Source: Candidatus Poribacteria bacterium (GTDB taxonomy: Bacteria; Poribacteria; WGA-4E; PCPOR2b). From it: DNA of 64,000 nt. Positions 9,808-20,418 of this stretch are shown in pieces. The stretch is from positions 640,001 to 704,000 of the forward strand of contig OZ242326.1 of NCBI GenBank assembly GCA_965208325.1. Reading direction: 5' to 3'. A model generated the notes under the pieces. That model did not search any database, had not been told where the DNA came from, and worked only from the letters and a program-made list of their open reading frames with translations. The position numbers and the translations under genes were made by a program. Within the stretch, counting starts at the first letter, position 1; every line of letters begins with the position of its first letter.

Positions 9808-10842
9808 ATGGAGAACAAATCCATGCGAGCTGCACGGCTGCACACAATTGGCGGGTTGATACAGATAGATGAGGTGCCTACTCCTGAAATCGGCGACGAC
9901 GAGGTGCTGGTACAGACCAAAACGTGTGGGGTTTGCCGCACCGATCTCCACAAAATCGATGGCTTGGGGCACCTGCAGTCGCTGCCGCACACGCTTGGAC
10001 ATGAGGCCGCTGGTGTGGTAGCTAAAACAGGCCGAAACGTAACGAATTTGAATGTCGGGCAACCTGTTGTTCCACACGATTTTTTTACCTGCGGGCAATG
10101 CTACTATTGTCGGGTTGGACGCGATTCGCTCTGTGTCCAACCCAAGGTATTTGGATCAACCGTCAACGGCGGATTTGCCGACTATTTTGCGGCGCCTGCT
10201 AAGAATCTGTTTGAATTGCCTGAACACACGCCATTCGAGCAGGCGGGCCTGATTAGTTGCGCCGTAATCACTGCGCTACACGCCTTCCGCCGATCTGAAC
10301 TGTGCTTGAATGACACCGCGGTAGTGATGGGCGCCGGCAATGTTGGACAAAACCTAATTCAGATTCTTAAACTTGCCCGCGTACAGGTGATTGCAATTGA
10401 CCGTTCACAAGCTAAATTGCAAATCGCCAGCCAACTCGGCGCAGATTTTGTCCTGGACGCGGATGCTATTGATGCAACTCAACAAATTAAGGCATTCGCA
10501 GGCGGCGACGGCGTCCAAGGTGTTTTCGATATTGTCGGATTGTCTTCGACATCGAAAGCAGCCGCTGATTATGTCATGCGCGGCGGGCGAATTGTCTTAA
10601 TTGGAGAGGAACCAGAATTTCTTATGATTGACTCCACCCAAATCGCGCAGCGGGAGCTAGAGATTATTGGCTCACGCAATGGTTCGCGCCAGGATATCAT
10701 TGATGCCATTTCAATGGTGGGCGCCGGATTAATCTCGCCGCTGATTGCCCACCGGTTTCCGCTGGTGGACATCAACGAGGCACTGGCGCTCATGCGCAGT
10801 GGGGAGGCGGAAGGTAAAATTGTCATTGAAATTTCTGAATGA
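9808..10842 (+). CDS. Zinc-dependent alcohol dehydrogenase (MDR family)
   Basis: CGVCRTD, GHE, CGQCYYC..C structural Zn motif and GAGNVG Rossmann motif. Confidence 0.92.
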   Translation: MENKSMRAARLHTIGGLIQIDEVPTPEIGDDEVLVQTKTCGVCRTDLHKIDGLGHLQSLPHTLGHEAAGVVAKTGRNVTNLNVGQPVVPHDFFTCGQCYYCRVGRDSLCVQPKVFGSTVNGGFADYFAAPAKNLFELPEHTPFEQAGLISCAVITALHAFRRSELCLNDTAVVMGAGNVGQNLIQILKLARVQVIAIDRSQAKLQIASQLGADFVLDADAIDATQQIKAFAGGDGVQGVFDIVGLSSTSKAAADYVMRGGRIVLIGEEPEFLMIDSTQIAQRELEIIGSRNGSRQDIIDAISMVGAGLISPLIAHRFPLVDINEALALMRSGEAEGKIVIEISE

Positions 10843-10912
10843 ATTCAAGCTGAACCGAAGTTACCCAAAAATTTCTCGGTTTTTCGTTGTGAGAATTTGA
10901 AAGGAGAGTCGA

Positions 10913-11791
10913 ATGGACAAGCTCATTATCACAGTCACTGTCGACTCGACTGTGTCATATCCTGGCAACTACTTGTGTCCACCACAGCGGGAGCTAGACA
11001 AGGTCGCGTCAGAATATATCCGCGCCGTTAACGCCGGGGCAAGTATCACCCACATTCACGGTGTGCGTTCCCTTGAGCGAGAGATTCAAGCTGACGGACG
11101 CCAAGTATCAAAGCTTGATTTTGAGGGTTGGCGGGGATTGCAGGAACGAATCAAAGCTAGCTGTAATCCAGTCATGCAATTTGGCGTGGCGAGCGCCAGG
11201 ATTGAAGAGAAGGTCAACCTAATGAACCTCAAGCCTGATATGATGTCGATTGCCTTCAACGCGCACGATGAATTCTTCCAGCCTGACCCCAGCTACCCGC
11301 CCAACGAGATGTACGCGTCCCATCCCAGAGATGAGCTAGCTGCCTACGGCCGAGCGGCGATTGAACACGGGGTAAAGATTGAAGTCGAGTCGTTTCAAAC
11401 GGGAGCGTTTTGGAACATAAACTTCATTGCGGACCAAGGGCTGCTTCCAGAGCCAATCTGGACAACGCTGTTGGTTGGTTGGAAAGGGGGTTGCTGGACG
11501 CCTCCCACACCGAAGGCGTTGATAAACATGGTGGACCATCTGCCTACGAATTTCAAGGTTAACTGGAATCTCAGTGTGATGGATGCACCAACACACTGGC
11601 AACTGTTAACCTTGGCAATCATGCTTGGGGGGCACGTCCGCGTAGGCTGGGAAGACAATCCATACTTGCCGGATGGATCGCTGGCTAAGACCAATGCCGT
11701 GTTGGTCGAGAAGATTGTACGCATCGCCCGTGAACTTGGGCGGGAGATTGCTACGCCAGACGAGGCGCGCCACATTATCGGTATTGCCTAA
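10913..11791 (+). CDS. Beta-keto acid cleavage enzyme (BKACE / 3-keto-5-aminohexanoate cleavage family, DUF849)
   Basis: KLIITV, AGASITHIH, GGHVRVGWEDN and GREIATPDEAR. Confidence 0.92.
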   Translation: MDKLIITVTVDSTVSYPGNYLCPPQRELDKVASEYIRAVNAGASITHIHGVRSLEREIQADGRQVSKLDFEGWRGLQERIKASCNPVMQFGVASARIEEKVNLMNLKPDMMSIAFNAHDEFFQPDPSYPPNEMYASHPRDELAAYGRAAIEHGVKIEVESFQTGAFWNINFIADQGLLPEPIWTTLLVGWKGGCWTPPTPKALINMVDHLPTNFKVNWNLSVMDAPTHWQLLTLAIMLGGHVRVGWEDNPYLPDGSLAKTNAVLVEKIVRIARELGREIATPDEARHIIGIA

Positions 11792-11869
11792 CTATGACCT
11801 AGCCATAATATTCTAATGAGTGTTCATGGTCTAGCCGCTTCTTGGCGGGGCGGAGGACAGGTCAGAAAA

Positions 11870-12010
11870 TCCTCCCCTTTGGCAAGGGGGAGTTAGAGGC
11901 GGTCGGTTAATCCGCAGTTTCAACCTGTACAAAAACTATCGCCTTCCCTATTCGGTCAGTTGATCCTCCTTGGTAAGGAGGGGGATAAAAGAAAAGAACT
12001 TCCCACAGCG
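11870..12010. repeat. REP-like cluster between convergent genes; partial copy of the 421-bp unit
   Basis: CCTCCCCTTTGGCAAGGGGGAG, then ACTATCGCCTTCCCTATTCGGTCAGTTGATCCTCCTTGGTAAGGAGGGG..AGAACTTCCCACAGC nearly identical to 49-124. Confidence 0.9.
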
Positions 12011-12032
12011 CGCAGGATTGTCGGAATTTCGC

Positions 12033-15000
12033 CTACAGGTTTGCCGCGGGTAAGGTCTCAAAGTTTATCTCACCAACCGGATGTTTGTATTTTATGAAGA
12101 TGATATCTTTCTCTTCACGATATAGCCAACCGGACTCGACTGATTCAAGGTTTTCAACAACGGTTATTTCATGATCTTGCGCGCGAATTGCGGCAGGATT
12201 TCCGCCGTAACCCGAAATTATGGCATAACTTGTTTCATATTGAACATACCTCAGCTTAAAATTCAACTTCGCAGATTCATCGCATTCAACTTGCTCGATT
12301 TTAGCTCCAGTGCTGAGGTGGATTCGCCCATTTTCACCGCGAATGATAGCCGTTGAAATGTCGGGATCCAATCCGCGGAGCGCGTACAAGTTTGCCATGA
12401 TATTCTCAGGGTTAAGGTGCGGACCGCGCCTTTCGGTGCAGAAGCCGTAAAAGCCGTCAGGATATGTGCCTTTGAATTCACCCTCAGTCCACTGCTGATG
12501 CATGGCGCTCACTGTAATCCCCTCTGCAATTTTCGACCAAGGTTCCCGACTGCTATGCCGCGCAAGCCGTTGGAGATAATAGGCGTAGACCAATCCATTC
12601 CACTGGACAGGAACGCCGAACCAAGGGTGAGTGTGGAATGTGGTTCCGAAAACGGGTATAGAGGCGAACCGCATTCCGGGGCGACTTGGCAAATTCCAAT
12701 GGTAGAGAAATGGCAATCCTGTTGCAGCCCAGTATTCGGCGGGCGTCAATTCGTTCTTTTCGCCGGTTATCTCATAGCCCTCAACATACGCCCCCACAGC
12801 ATAGGCAGCGGCAAGAAGATCGGGTTGGTAGATAGGACACTCCCACACCTGCGCGCCGCGCGGGATTCGAAACCGTTCCATGAACCTCAGCGCTTTGAGG
12901 CCAGAGGCCAATGACCGTTCGTCCCCCGTGACCCTTGCATGTTTTAACAACATCAATGCAGAATGTGCACAAACGCCCAAAACCGTATCGCCTGCTTCTC
13001 CCAGTGTTCTTGTCCGATCAGTGGTGGGGTTGAACTGCCAGCTTCCATTGCTTTCCTGAGAATCTATCAATGCTTTCGTTACCGAATTGAGTTGTTCCAA
13101 GTTTGCTTCGAGGTGCCCGTAGTAGAAGGGGAATTCCCACTTCAATATGTGGCATAACGCGGGGGAGGTTAAACTTCCCACTCCCGATTCACGGATTGTA
13201 TTTTCCGCAATCTCAATTACGCGCCGCCTAACCGATTCATCTCTTGATGCGAGGTAATCATACCACAATAAGGTTGCAAATCCTGGCGCATTCGCCGGCT
13301 GCCAATCGACGCAATGCCGCGATTTTGCCGTTTCGTTGTCCCAGACAGTCTTCATGAACCCGTGCCGAGAAAGCATAAGTTCATCTTCGTCGCTGCGCGG
13401 CGCATCTAAGGGCCCAGGCATACCGTAGGCCGCGCTCCAGAGGGAAATTGCGTCCAAGATAGAGGCATTGCCATCAAGGATTATCTGCGCCTTGAGCGTA
13501 ATCGCATGTTTTGGCTCCATGACGTATGGTGTAGATGCTTCCATGCAATTCTCGTCTACCCAATCCGGCGGCGTTGGCAAGAACAGTCCCATTAAGTGGT
13601 TCTTCTGGTGCATATACCAATTTGGGGAAGCAAATGCCGCTGATAATGTGTTGTGTTCACCATCCCATGTTTCTAGCGGGTTCCAAATTAAGCCCACAAG
13701 AGATTTATCATGTTCAACCGCCATTAGCGGGATGGTTACTTTGTACGGGTGCGGTACAAGGCGGTTGTTCAGCGGCGGCAAGGCGTCACGCGTGTTTGAC
13801 GATGTTTCACCGTTCTCCAAGAATTCTAAGCCCGGAAAGAGGGCGGCGTTTTTTCCATTGCCAAACGTCCCGTCCCCGGCAAAAAGCATAGGGCCGCTGA
13901 ACACAATCAATTCCCGTTTTTCATTAACCGTGAGCCGATTTTCGATTTTCAGGAACTTGGAATCGGCTCGCAATGAATACCGCCCTTCATAGGACCACAA
14001 CACACCGTCAACGTCCTTTTCTTCCCAAGTCAGCAAGACTGTTGAATCGCCGCGGTTATTTCCGGACAAGCGATAGGCAGCCGGAGATACTCGGATGTGC
14101 TCAGTATTCCCGTTTGAAACCCGATAGCGAATTTCCGCGACGGCATTACAGACCGCAACTTGCCGGTAATTCCCGTTTTTGGCTACGAAAAACATGCAAT
14201 ATTCAAAACCCTCGTATCCTCTTACGAAGAGTGCGCGTAGGTTTCGGTTCTCGGTGATTACGTGTCCATCTAATTCAAAAGTGTGTAATTCTGAAGAAAT
14301 TTCCGTGGGTAATTTGGGGATTCCTGGCCGTACTTCAAACGCTTTCTCTACGGTGTGTTGCATTTCGCTTTGCAGAGTTTGGTATTTAAGCGAAGCGGAC
14401 ATTGATGCTGTCGTACGCCGGGAGAAACTCCGAATTTGCCACACCAGCGTGGATTCTTCACCGGGATTGAGCAGTTTGATGGATCGGCTGTGATGCCCAC
14501 GTCTCAGTTTAATTCGATTAAGTGAAATACTCGCCCGATTGGCCGTTACGAGGGGAACTAAACCGTTATTTCGAACCGTACATTGGACTTCAAAATCGTC
14601 ACCGGCCGTAATTAACGCCGTAGTTGGACCGATATCTACAATGTCCAATTTTGCTTGCTCAGCATAAAGCTGAAGTGCTGCAATCTGTGCGTCGGCATTA
14701 TAACCCTGCACCCTTTGGCCAACGATTTTCACAATCTCGGAAATTGGCGTGAATGCATCCAAGACAAATTCCGATGCCGATAACGCAGGGGTTTCCCGAG
14801 CTGATGAGCTTAAAGCAATCCCACGAATCATTTCGGGTTCTGATCCACCTGCTTCAGGCAATAAAGTCGTACGAGTCAGTTTAAGTAGCCGTGGATTTCC
14901 CCATACAGCCCAATCGTAGTTCGTGTTGCCCGCCCCGTTGCAATTGGTTAAAAATACAACTTGGATTGTGCTGCCGGATTCTTTGGTCACATTGAGACCA

Positions 15001-15752
15001 TGTTCTTCCCAACGGCAAGCATTTGAAAAACCTTCAAAGCGTTGTTCCCCTGAAATCTCGATTGTAAACCGAACTCCGTCGGGCTTTGCCGCTGGATTGT
15101 CAAAATCGACACCGTCCCTTAAGCCGATGCTGAAATGCAGCATGAGTTGTTCATTGGGGGCTGAATCCGGCAGTCTCAGTTCATATTCAATTCTTGCATT
15201 ACCGTCAGCGCGGGGGTGCTCAAATATCGCAGCCTTCTTTACTCCGCCAGCACAGTCTTCGGTGTTTACGGCGGCTTGCTCGACATTACTTACTCGGCTG
15301 TTCGGAAATTCGTTGACAAAGTTGTAGATTTCGTCGAGAACGCCGATTTCTACCGGCATCTCAACCACCGGCTCAGCTTCAACGCTATGCGTGTCTTCAC
15401 CGGTTTCTAAATTGGCGGCGTGCCGTTCAGCATCCATTTCTGCTTCATCTAATCTCCCACGGTTTGCATCGTGGGAAGGTAGTTCCTGATTGACTTGGGC
15501 TCTAGATTCTACCGCCGCTTGCTCGCCAGTTGTTTCTTCAGCTTCCGCAAGCTGATCGAGCGAATCAACCTTCTCGGTACTCTGGGTATGTCCGTCTTCT
15601 GATTTCCTATCAAAAAATTCATCTCTATCGTCCGTCCTTGTTTCCGTCAATTCATCCAAGTGGTCACCTTCGTCAGCAGGAGTTTTCGCACCCGCTTCGG
15701 TATTATCAGTATGCGTCAATAGCGCCATAAGCATTTGAAAGGTTATACTCAT
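12033..15752 (-). CDS. Large hypothetical protein: acidic disordered N-terminus, beta-sandwich/CARDB-like middle, probable alpha/alpha-barrel C-terminus
   Basis: 1239-codon ORF; ATG 15752 with GGAGG upstream; the domain guess is tentative. Confidence 0.75.
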   Translation of the reverse strand: MSITFQMLMALLTHTDNTEAGAKTPADEGDHLDELTETRTDDRDEFFDRKSEDGHTQSTEKVDSLDQLAEAEETTGEQAAVESRAQVNQELPSHDANRGRLDEAEMDAERHAANLETGEDTHSVEAEPVVEMPVEIGVLDEIYNFVNEFPNSRVSNVEQAAVNTEDCAGGVKKAAIFEHPRADGNARIEYELRLPDSAPNEQLMLHFSIGLRDGVDFDNPAAKPDGVRFTIEISGEQRFEGFSNACRWEEHGLNVTKESGSTIQVVFLTNCNGAGNTNYDWAVWGNPRLLKLTRTTLLPEAGGSEPEMIRGIALSSSARETPALSASEFVLDAFTPISEIVKIVGQRVQGYNADAQIAALQLYAEQAKLDIVDIGPTTALITAGDDFEVQCTVRNNGLVPLVTANRASISLNRIKLRRGHHSRSIKLLNPGEESTLVWQIRSFSRRTTASMSASLKYQTLQSEMQHTVEKAFEVRPGIPKLPTEISSELHTFELDGHVITENRNLRALFVRGYEGFEYCMFFVAKNGNYRQVAVCNAVAEIRYRVSNGNTEHIRVSPAAYRLSGNNRGDSTVLLTWEEKDVDGVLWSYEGRYSLRADSKFLKIENRLTVNEKRELIVFSGPMLFAGDGTFGNGKNAALFPGLEFLENGETSSNTRDALPPLNNRLVPHPYKVTIPLMAVEHDKSLVGLIWNPLETWDGEHNTLSAAFASPNWYMHQKNHLMGLFLPTPPDWVDENCMEASTPYVMEPKHAITLKAQIILDGNASILDAISLWSAAYGMPGPLDAPRSDEDELMLSRHGFMKTVWDNETAKSRHCVDWQPANAPGFATLLWYDYLASRDESVRRRVIEIAENTIRESGVGSLTSPALCHILKWEFPFYYGHLEANLEQLNSVTKALIDSQESNGSWQFNPTTDRTRTLGEAGDTVLGVCAHSALMLLKHARVTGDERSLASGLKALRFMERFRIPRGAQVWECPIYQPDLLAAAYAVGAYVEGYEITGEKNELTPAEYWAATGLPFLYHWNLPSRPGMRFASIPVFGTTFHTHPWFGVPVQWNGLVYAYYLQRLARHSSREPWSKIAEGITVSAMHQQWTEGEFKGTYPDGFYGFCTERRGPHLNPENIMANLYALRGLDPDISTAIIRGENGRIHLSTGAKIEQVECDESAKLNFKLRYVQYETSYAIISGYGGNPAAIRAQDHEITVVENLESVESGWLYREEKDIIFIKYKHPVGEINFETLPAANL

Positions 15753-16254
15753 CCACAATCCTCCAAAACAATTATTACATTTCTACATTACATTTCAAAT
15801 TTTGACATCGTATAAATTTTCTATTTGTATCTATACTTTGAAAATTGTATTAGGAGACTTTATTCAATCCTACACCCATAAGTATAACATAGATGAAGCG
15901 GAGATTAAAACAAAGAGTATGAGAGATTGAAAATGCGGAATTGGTGAATCAATCTGGCGGTGTAATCTAGGAATTTTGGTGAATCCTTTAATTTGCTGTC
16001 CCAAATTCTTTTATGCTTTTAAGTTTCTATTTTGTATGCTATAATGGATTTATTGAGAATCCAGAGCGGTCTGCGTATGCATGTCATGCAGTCAGCGAAA
16101 TCTTGCGAGAGGTTCTATGATAACTGGAGAACCCCCGCAAAATTGTGTGTTATTGACAGGAAACTAATTTCCTTTAAAACGTCCTGTTGCTACTGGCCGA
16201 TTTTTGCGCAGCGGCGGTTTCATGGTTATATAGCGAAATCAAGGAGAAATGATA

Positions 16255-16695
16255 ATGGCAGGAATTATTCCTACAATCAGTTCAGGCGTTGCGGGGCCCT
16301 TAGGTGTGATTCACCTTCCACGACTGTGGTCTAAGGTCATCTTGAGCGCCACGGGTCAACTTGCAGATGACTATGACGAATGCGGTATGGGATTCGATCA
16401 GATGGTTCTTGATGGGTTGGGGATTGATCGCGAAGCGGCACTCCAATACCTTAAGGACAACGTTCCGACATACCCCCAATTTGAGAATTGGGTAATCGAA
16501 CAAAACGGCGGGAGCATCGATCAGGCGACTATTGATAGTCTGAATGCGGATATCAGAGGATACAACCACGCTGATGAGACACGCGAATCAATCCTCGGTG
16601 CAGCGGGTATTGAAGACGATGGTTCTATCCCAGACGCAGTGAATCTCAACAATCTCGACGATTGGACTGAGTTTCACGCTTCATTAACGAGTTAG
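16255..16695 (+). CDS. DUF5069-like protein
   Basis: AGGAG RBS; ISSGVAGPLGVIHLPRLWSK and LNNLDDWTEFH motifs. Confidence 0.7.
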   Translation: MAGIIPTISSGVAGPLGVIHLPRLWSKVILSATGQLADDYDECGMGFDQMVLDGLGIDREAALQYLKDNVPTYPQFENWVIEQNGGSIDQATIDSLNADIRGYNHADETRESILGAAGIEDDGSIPDAVNLNNLDDWTEFHASLTS

Positions 16696-16710
16696 CCACC
16701 GTTCAACGAA

Positions 16711-16736
16711 TCGGGGTTCAGTACGCTGTACCCCGA
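16711..16736 (+). terminator. Hairpin after the DUF5069-like gene
   Basis: TCGGGGT..ACCCCGA stem; no U-tract. Confidence 0.35.
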
Positions 16737-17071
16737 CACCCGGCTCATCTATTGTTAGTCGGGTGTCTACCGCACGAAGTTACGAGACTAATCTGGCAGC
16801 TTTAATTCCCTCGGATTGTTGTGTATTATTGATGGTTCTTAACCACTCACATTTTCAGAACGGCGGCACCATTTGGGGACAACAGTCGATACCGGGAAAG
16901 GAGGTACCCGCATTTTTCAGGTCCTGCCATAAGATGACAACAATGCATTTCAACTTCGGATTTAACCAATAAGGATAATGTTGCCATTTTTGGTTCAAAA
17001 CATTGATTTTCCTGCGGGCAAATTTGACTTAACTGAATGGCTCGATTAGGTGGGACCAATGCGGAGTTTTT

Positions 17072-17518
17072 ATGAAATGGAATTTCATCTCGAAAATCTT
17101 TGATGGTGCAATAGGTATTGAAAGAACATATAACGATTGCGACAAAGCGCTCAAAGAGTTGGGCAAATACAACGAGCGAATTGAGGAAATGCAGGAAAAC
17201 AGTGAGGATATAAATAGTATTCCTGAATCTGAAAAAGCTGCACTAGACGAAGTTGTTGACTACGCCATTGAGCGAGCAAAAAAGTTACTTAGCAAAGAAT
17301 CCGATCGCAATTGGCCCGGGGTTTTCAGGGAAATGCACAAAAACCTGGCAAATATGTATTTTGAGCGGGGTGATTACGACAAAGTGCCGGAAGAATGTGA
17401 ACAGCTCAAAAATTACGGTGAAGTCGGTCGTCAAGATGCGCAGGAAATAATGCAAAAACTGCAAGATAAACAAGCCGAAAAATCCGGCAACGCTGAAGAA
17501 CAGGTTTCATCAGTGTAG
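17072..17518 (+). CDS. Hypothetical helical (TPR-like) protein
   Basis: GGAG RBS; charged helical ORF; HKNLANMYFERGDYDK resembles a TPR helix. Confidence 0.7.
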   Translation: MKWNFISKIFDGAIGIERTYNDCDKALKELGKYNERIEEMQENSEDINSIPESEKAALDEVVDYAIERAKKLLSKESDRNWPGVFREMHKNLANMYFERGDYDKVPEECEQLKNYGEVGRQDAQEIMQKLQDKQAEKSGNAEEQVSSV

Positions 17519-17521
17519 AAA

Positions 17522-19450
17522 ATGCATTTCCTGAATCCTTCCGCCTTTTATCTCTTGGCGTTCATTCCCATCGTGGCATTTCTGCATTACCTCAAGCTTC
17601 GCCGCCAACGACTCATCGTGCCGAGCGTGATGCTTTGGCTTGAGGCCGTTGAGGATATGAAGGCTAATGTCCCTTTCCAAAAGTTGCAAAACTCGTTTTT
17701 ACTACCGTTACAGATTTTATTTCTATTAATTGTCATTGCTGGTGTTGCGCGTCCCGCACTGCGCCAACCCGGTGCCCTGACCGATCAATCGATTGTAATC
17801 ATTGATACGTCCACCAGTATGCTGGCAACTGATTCCGGAAAAAGCCGGCTTGATGCAGCAAAGGCGGAGGCTCTGAAACGCATAAATCAGCTTGATGCGA
17901 ACGGTAATATGATGATTATGGACACTTCCCCGCCATCAAGCAATGTGCTTCAGGCTTTTACGTCAGATAAGGAAAAACTTCGCCTCGCCGTCAAAAATCT
18001 GTCCGTGCGGCATGGCCCGCCAAGCTTAAAAGCTGCATTTGACTCCGCCCAGATTTACGGGAATCTGCCGAACACTCGTGTATTCTTTATCAGTGACAAC
18101 TGCCGAGACTTGCCCTTTACTGCACAACAAATATCGCTGCATTGCCAAGAAATTGCGTTGGGCAACTCGATTGATAACGTCGGAATCGTACGATTTAGCG
18201 CGGCACGGGACACACACCAATCGAGTTTATACCGGATTCTTGTAGTGTTGCAAAATTTTGCAGAATCTCCAAGGCAGGTACAAGTGAGACTTGAAATCGA
18301 AGGACGATGGGTCGATGATGAAACGGTTACTATTGAGCCGAGGGCAACGAAATCGATTGTTTTTGTTGAAGAAGACGAGGGGTTTGACGGCCAGACAATC
18401 AGCGCTCGCCTCGTTAATGTTGACGATGACCTTGCGGTTGATGACGCAGCATACGCGATTTTGCAGCCGCCGCCAGAATGGAAAATCCTACTCGTAAGCG
18501 ACAGGGAACAACCGTTGCTGACGACTATGCTGGAAACAAACCCATACGTGGTGTTTTCGCAGATTCGAACTGAGGAATACCATGGAACAGCAGATCGAGA
18601 TTTTGTGATTTTCGATGGGTTCGTACCTAAACTTCCTCTCAACGGGAACGCTATTTTCCTGAACCCTGTTGTGGGGTTGCCCTTTATGCCGGCGCAATCT
18701 AGTGCGCAATCGCAAAGCGTAATATATCAAAACCAAACCCACCCAGTGATGCGTAATGTCTCGCTGCTTGGCTTGAATGTTAGGAAATCGTTAATTTGCG
18801 AAATGCCAATTTGGGGCATCCCGCTTGCAGAGACGGCAAAGTCCCCGCTGATTTGGCTTGGCACACAAATCATTCGAAGTGAGCTTCCGCACGGGAACAA
18901 CACAAAAAAGGTAATCGTTTTTACTTTTGATCCGTTCGATCTTGATGTCTCACGTTTTGCTTTGTTTGACCGGTCAATCGCTTCCGCTCCGATTCTACTG
19001 GCTCAGTGTTTTGAGTGGCTTGATGCGGCAACGGCGCCGATTCAACCCGATGTTGTCAAGGCAGGCGAGCCCGTAAAATTCCACCTCGACCATCCGGAAA
19101 ACGTGGTGAGCGCGACGCTTTTAATGCCTGATAACACATCGAAAGATTTAGCGATAGACGATTCAACATTTTTGTTTACCGAAACCTTCCAGATTGGTGT
19201 TTATTCACTATATATCAATGGTCGGCCATTGGGAAAATTTGCTGTAAATCTTCTTGATGCAGCGGAATCAGATTTATCCTTGGGAGGACAACATCAGGCG
19301 GCTGAAGGCGTTGAGGATGGTGGAACGGCTACTGTGAGCCAATATGAAATGCAGGGCGTCAATCAGGAACTTTGGGGCTTTGCGGCAATTGCCGCGCTGC
19401 TGCTGCTCGTCGTGGAATGGTGGTTTTATCACCGAAACTTGCGGCGGTAG
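17522..19450 (+). CDS. BatA N-terminal + VWA domain membrane-anchored protein
   Basis: MHFLNP..LAFIPIVAFLHYLK, ARP, IIDTSTSM (MIDAS), FISD; C-terminal LLVVEWW helix. Confidence 0.88.
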   Translation: MHFLNPSAFYLLAFIPIVAFLHYLKLRRQRLIVPSVMLWLEAVEDMKANVPFQKLQNSFLLPLQILFLLIVIAGVARPALRQPGALTDQSIVIIDTSTSMLATDSGKSRLDAAKAEALKRINQLDANGNMMIMDTSPPSSNVLQAFTSDKEKLRLAVKNLSVRHGPPSLKAAFDSAQIYGNLPNTRVFFISDNCRDLPFTAQQISLHCQEIALGNSIDNVGIVRFSAARDTHQSSLYRILVVLQNFAESPRQVQVRLEIEGRWVDDETVTIEPRATKSIVFVEEDEGFDGQTISARLVNVDDDLAVDDAAYAILQPPPEWKILLVSDREQPLLTTMLETNPYVVFSQIRTEEYHGTADRDFVIFDGFVPKLPLNGNAIFLNPVVGLPFMPAQSSAQSQSVIYQNQTHPVMRNVSLLGLNVRKSLICEMPIWGIPLAETAKSPLIWLGTQIIRSELPHGNNTKKVIVFTFDPFDLDVSRFALFDRSIASAPILLAQCFEWLDAATAPIQPDVVKAGEPVKFHLDHPENVVSATLLMPDNTSKDLAIDDSTFLFTETFQIGVYSLYINGRPLGKFAVNLLDAAESDLSLGGQHQAAEGVEDGGTATVSQYEMQGVNQELWGFAAIAALLLLVVEWWFYHRNLRR

Positions 19451-19545
19451 CCCCACTTGTCCTTCCGTTGGATGTTGGTATTCATCTTAGTTTATTCGAC
19501 ATTGGAATTCTAGTAATAGAGGCAGCACTAGGTAAATCACGACTA

Positions 19546-20181
19546 ATGAAATCCAAGGAATCAAACCGCGGGCTCATTGTTGGTGTCACGGGGGGTATCG
19601 CTTGCGGCAAATCGACGGTCTCTCAACTGCTTGGTGAAAAAGGCGCCATCCCCATCAACGTGGATGAGATTGGACACCGATTGCTCAGGCGCGGCAGCCC
19701 AATCATAAACGAACTCATTGAGAATTTTGGGGCTGGCATTCTGGACGAATCTGGTAATGTCAGCCGAAAAAAACTAGGCGCTATCGTTTTCAACGATACG
19801 CGCGCACGTGAGCGGTTGAACGGCATCTTACACCCGCTAATCATTCAGCAATCTCGCGCTGAAGCGAGACGGCTTGCAGCAGAATCTCCGAGTTGTGTTG
19901 TCGTAATTGACGCACCCCTACTCATTGAGGCGGGTGCGCAAGACACAGTAGACTTTATTGTTGTGGTCACAGTTTCCCCGGAAATCCAGCTCCAACGACT
20001 GTTGAATCGAAGCGCGGCCGAAAACAGATTGCTTAGCCGAGCTGACGCACAGGCGAGAATTGATGCACAGATGCCCTTATCCGAGAAAATAAAATTTGCC
20101 GATTTTGTTATTGAGAATAACTGCACCATCGACGCGTTGCGGCGCACGGTAAATGCACTGTGGACGATGCTCAATAAATAA
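19546..20181 (+). CDS. coaE: Dephospho-CoA kinase
   Basis: GVTGGIACGKSTV, RKKLGAIVF, HPLI, DAPLLIE and RIDAQMP; the true start is likely ATG 19546. Confidence 0.95.
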   Translation: MKSKESNRGLIVGVTGGIACGKSTVSQLLGEKGAIPINVDEIGHRLLRRGSPIINELIENFGAGILDESGNVSRKKLGAIVFNDTRARERLNGILHPLIIQQSRAEARRLAAESPSCVVVIDAPLLIEAGAQDTVDFIVVVTVSPEIQLQRLLNRSAAENRLLSRADAQARIDAQMPLSEKIKFADFVIENNCTIDALRRTVNALWTMLNK

Positions 20182-20418
20182 CCTCCTCATTTTTCAGCAC
20201 GGCTAAGTACGCTCTCCAGTTTTACTCTGCCAAAACTACGCCAACACCTTCATCGAATGGGATTCATCGGTTAGAAACACCGCATTTTCTGGTCGGGCAC
20301 CGTGTTCAGTTTATGCTAGAATATTTCGGACATAGCGTCCCTTTTCGTGCGGGAAAATTTACGTTGGCGAAGGTCCATTTGGGCGCACTTCGCATTAAGT
20401 GACAAGCGGAGGTTAAAC

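Noticed and set aside
12171..15730. Numerous plus-strand ORFs antisense to the 1239-aa gene, and similar shadow ORFs over katG, acs, amidase and the GH genes
   Set aside because: Fully overlapped by well-supported genes; no motifs or RBS
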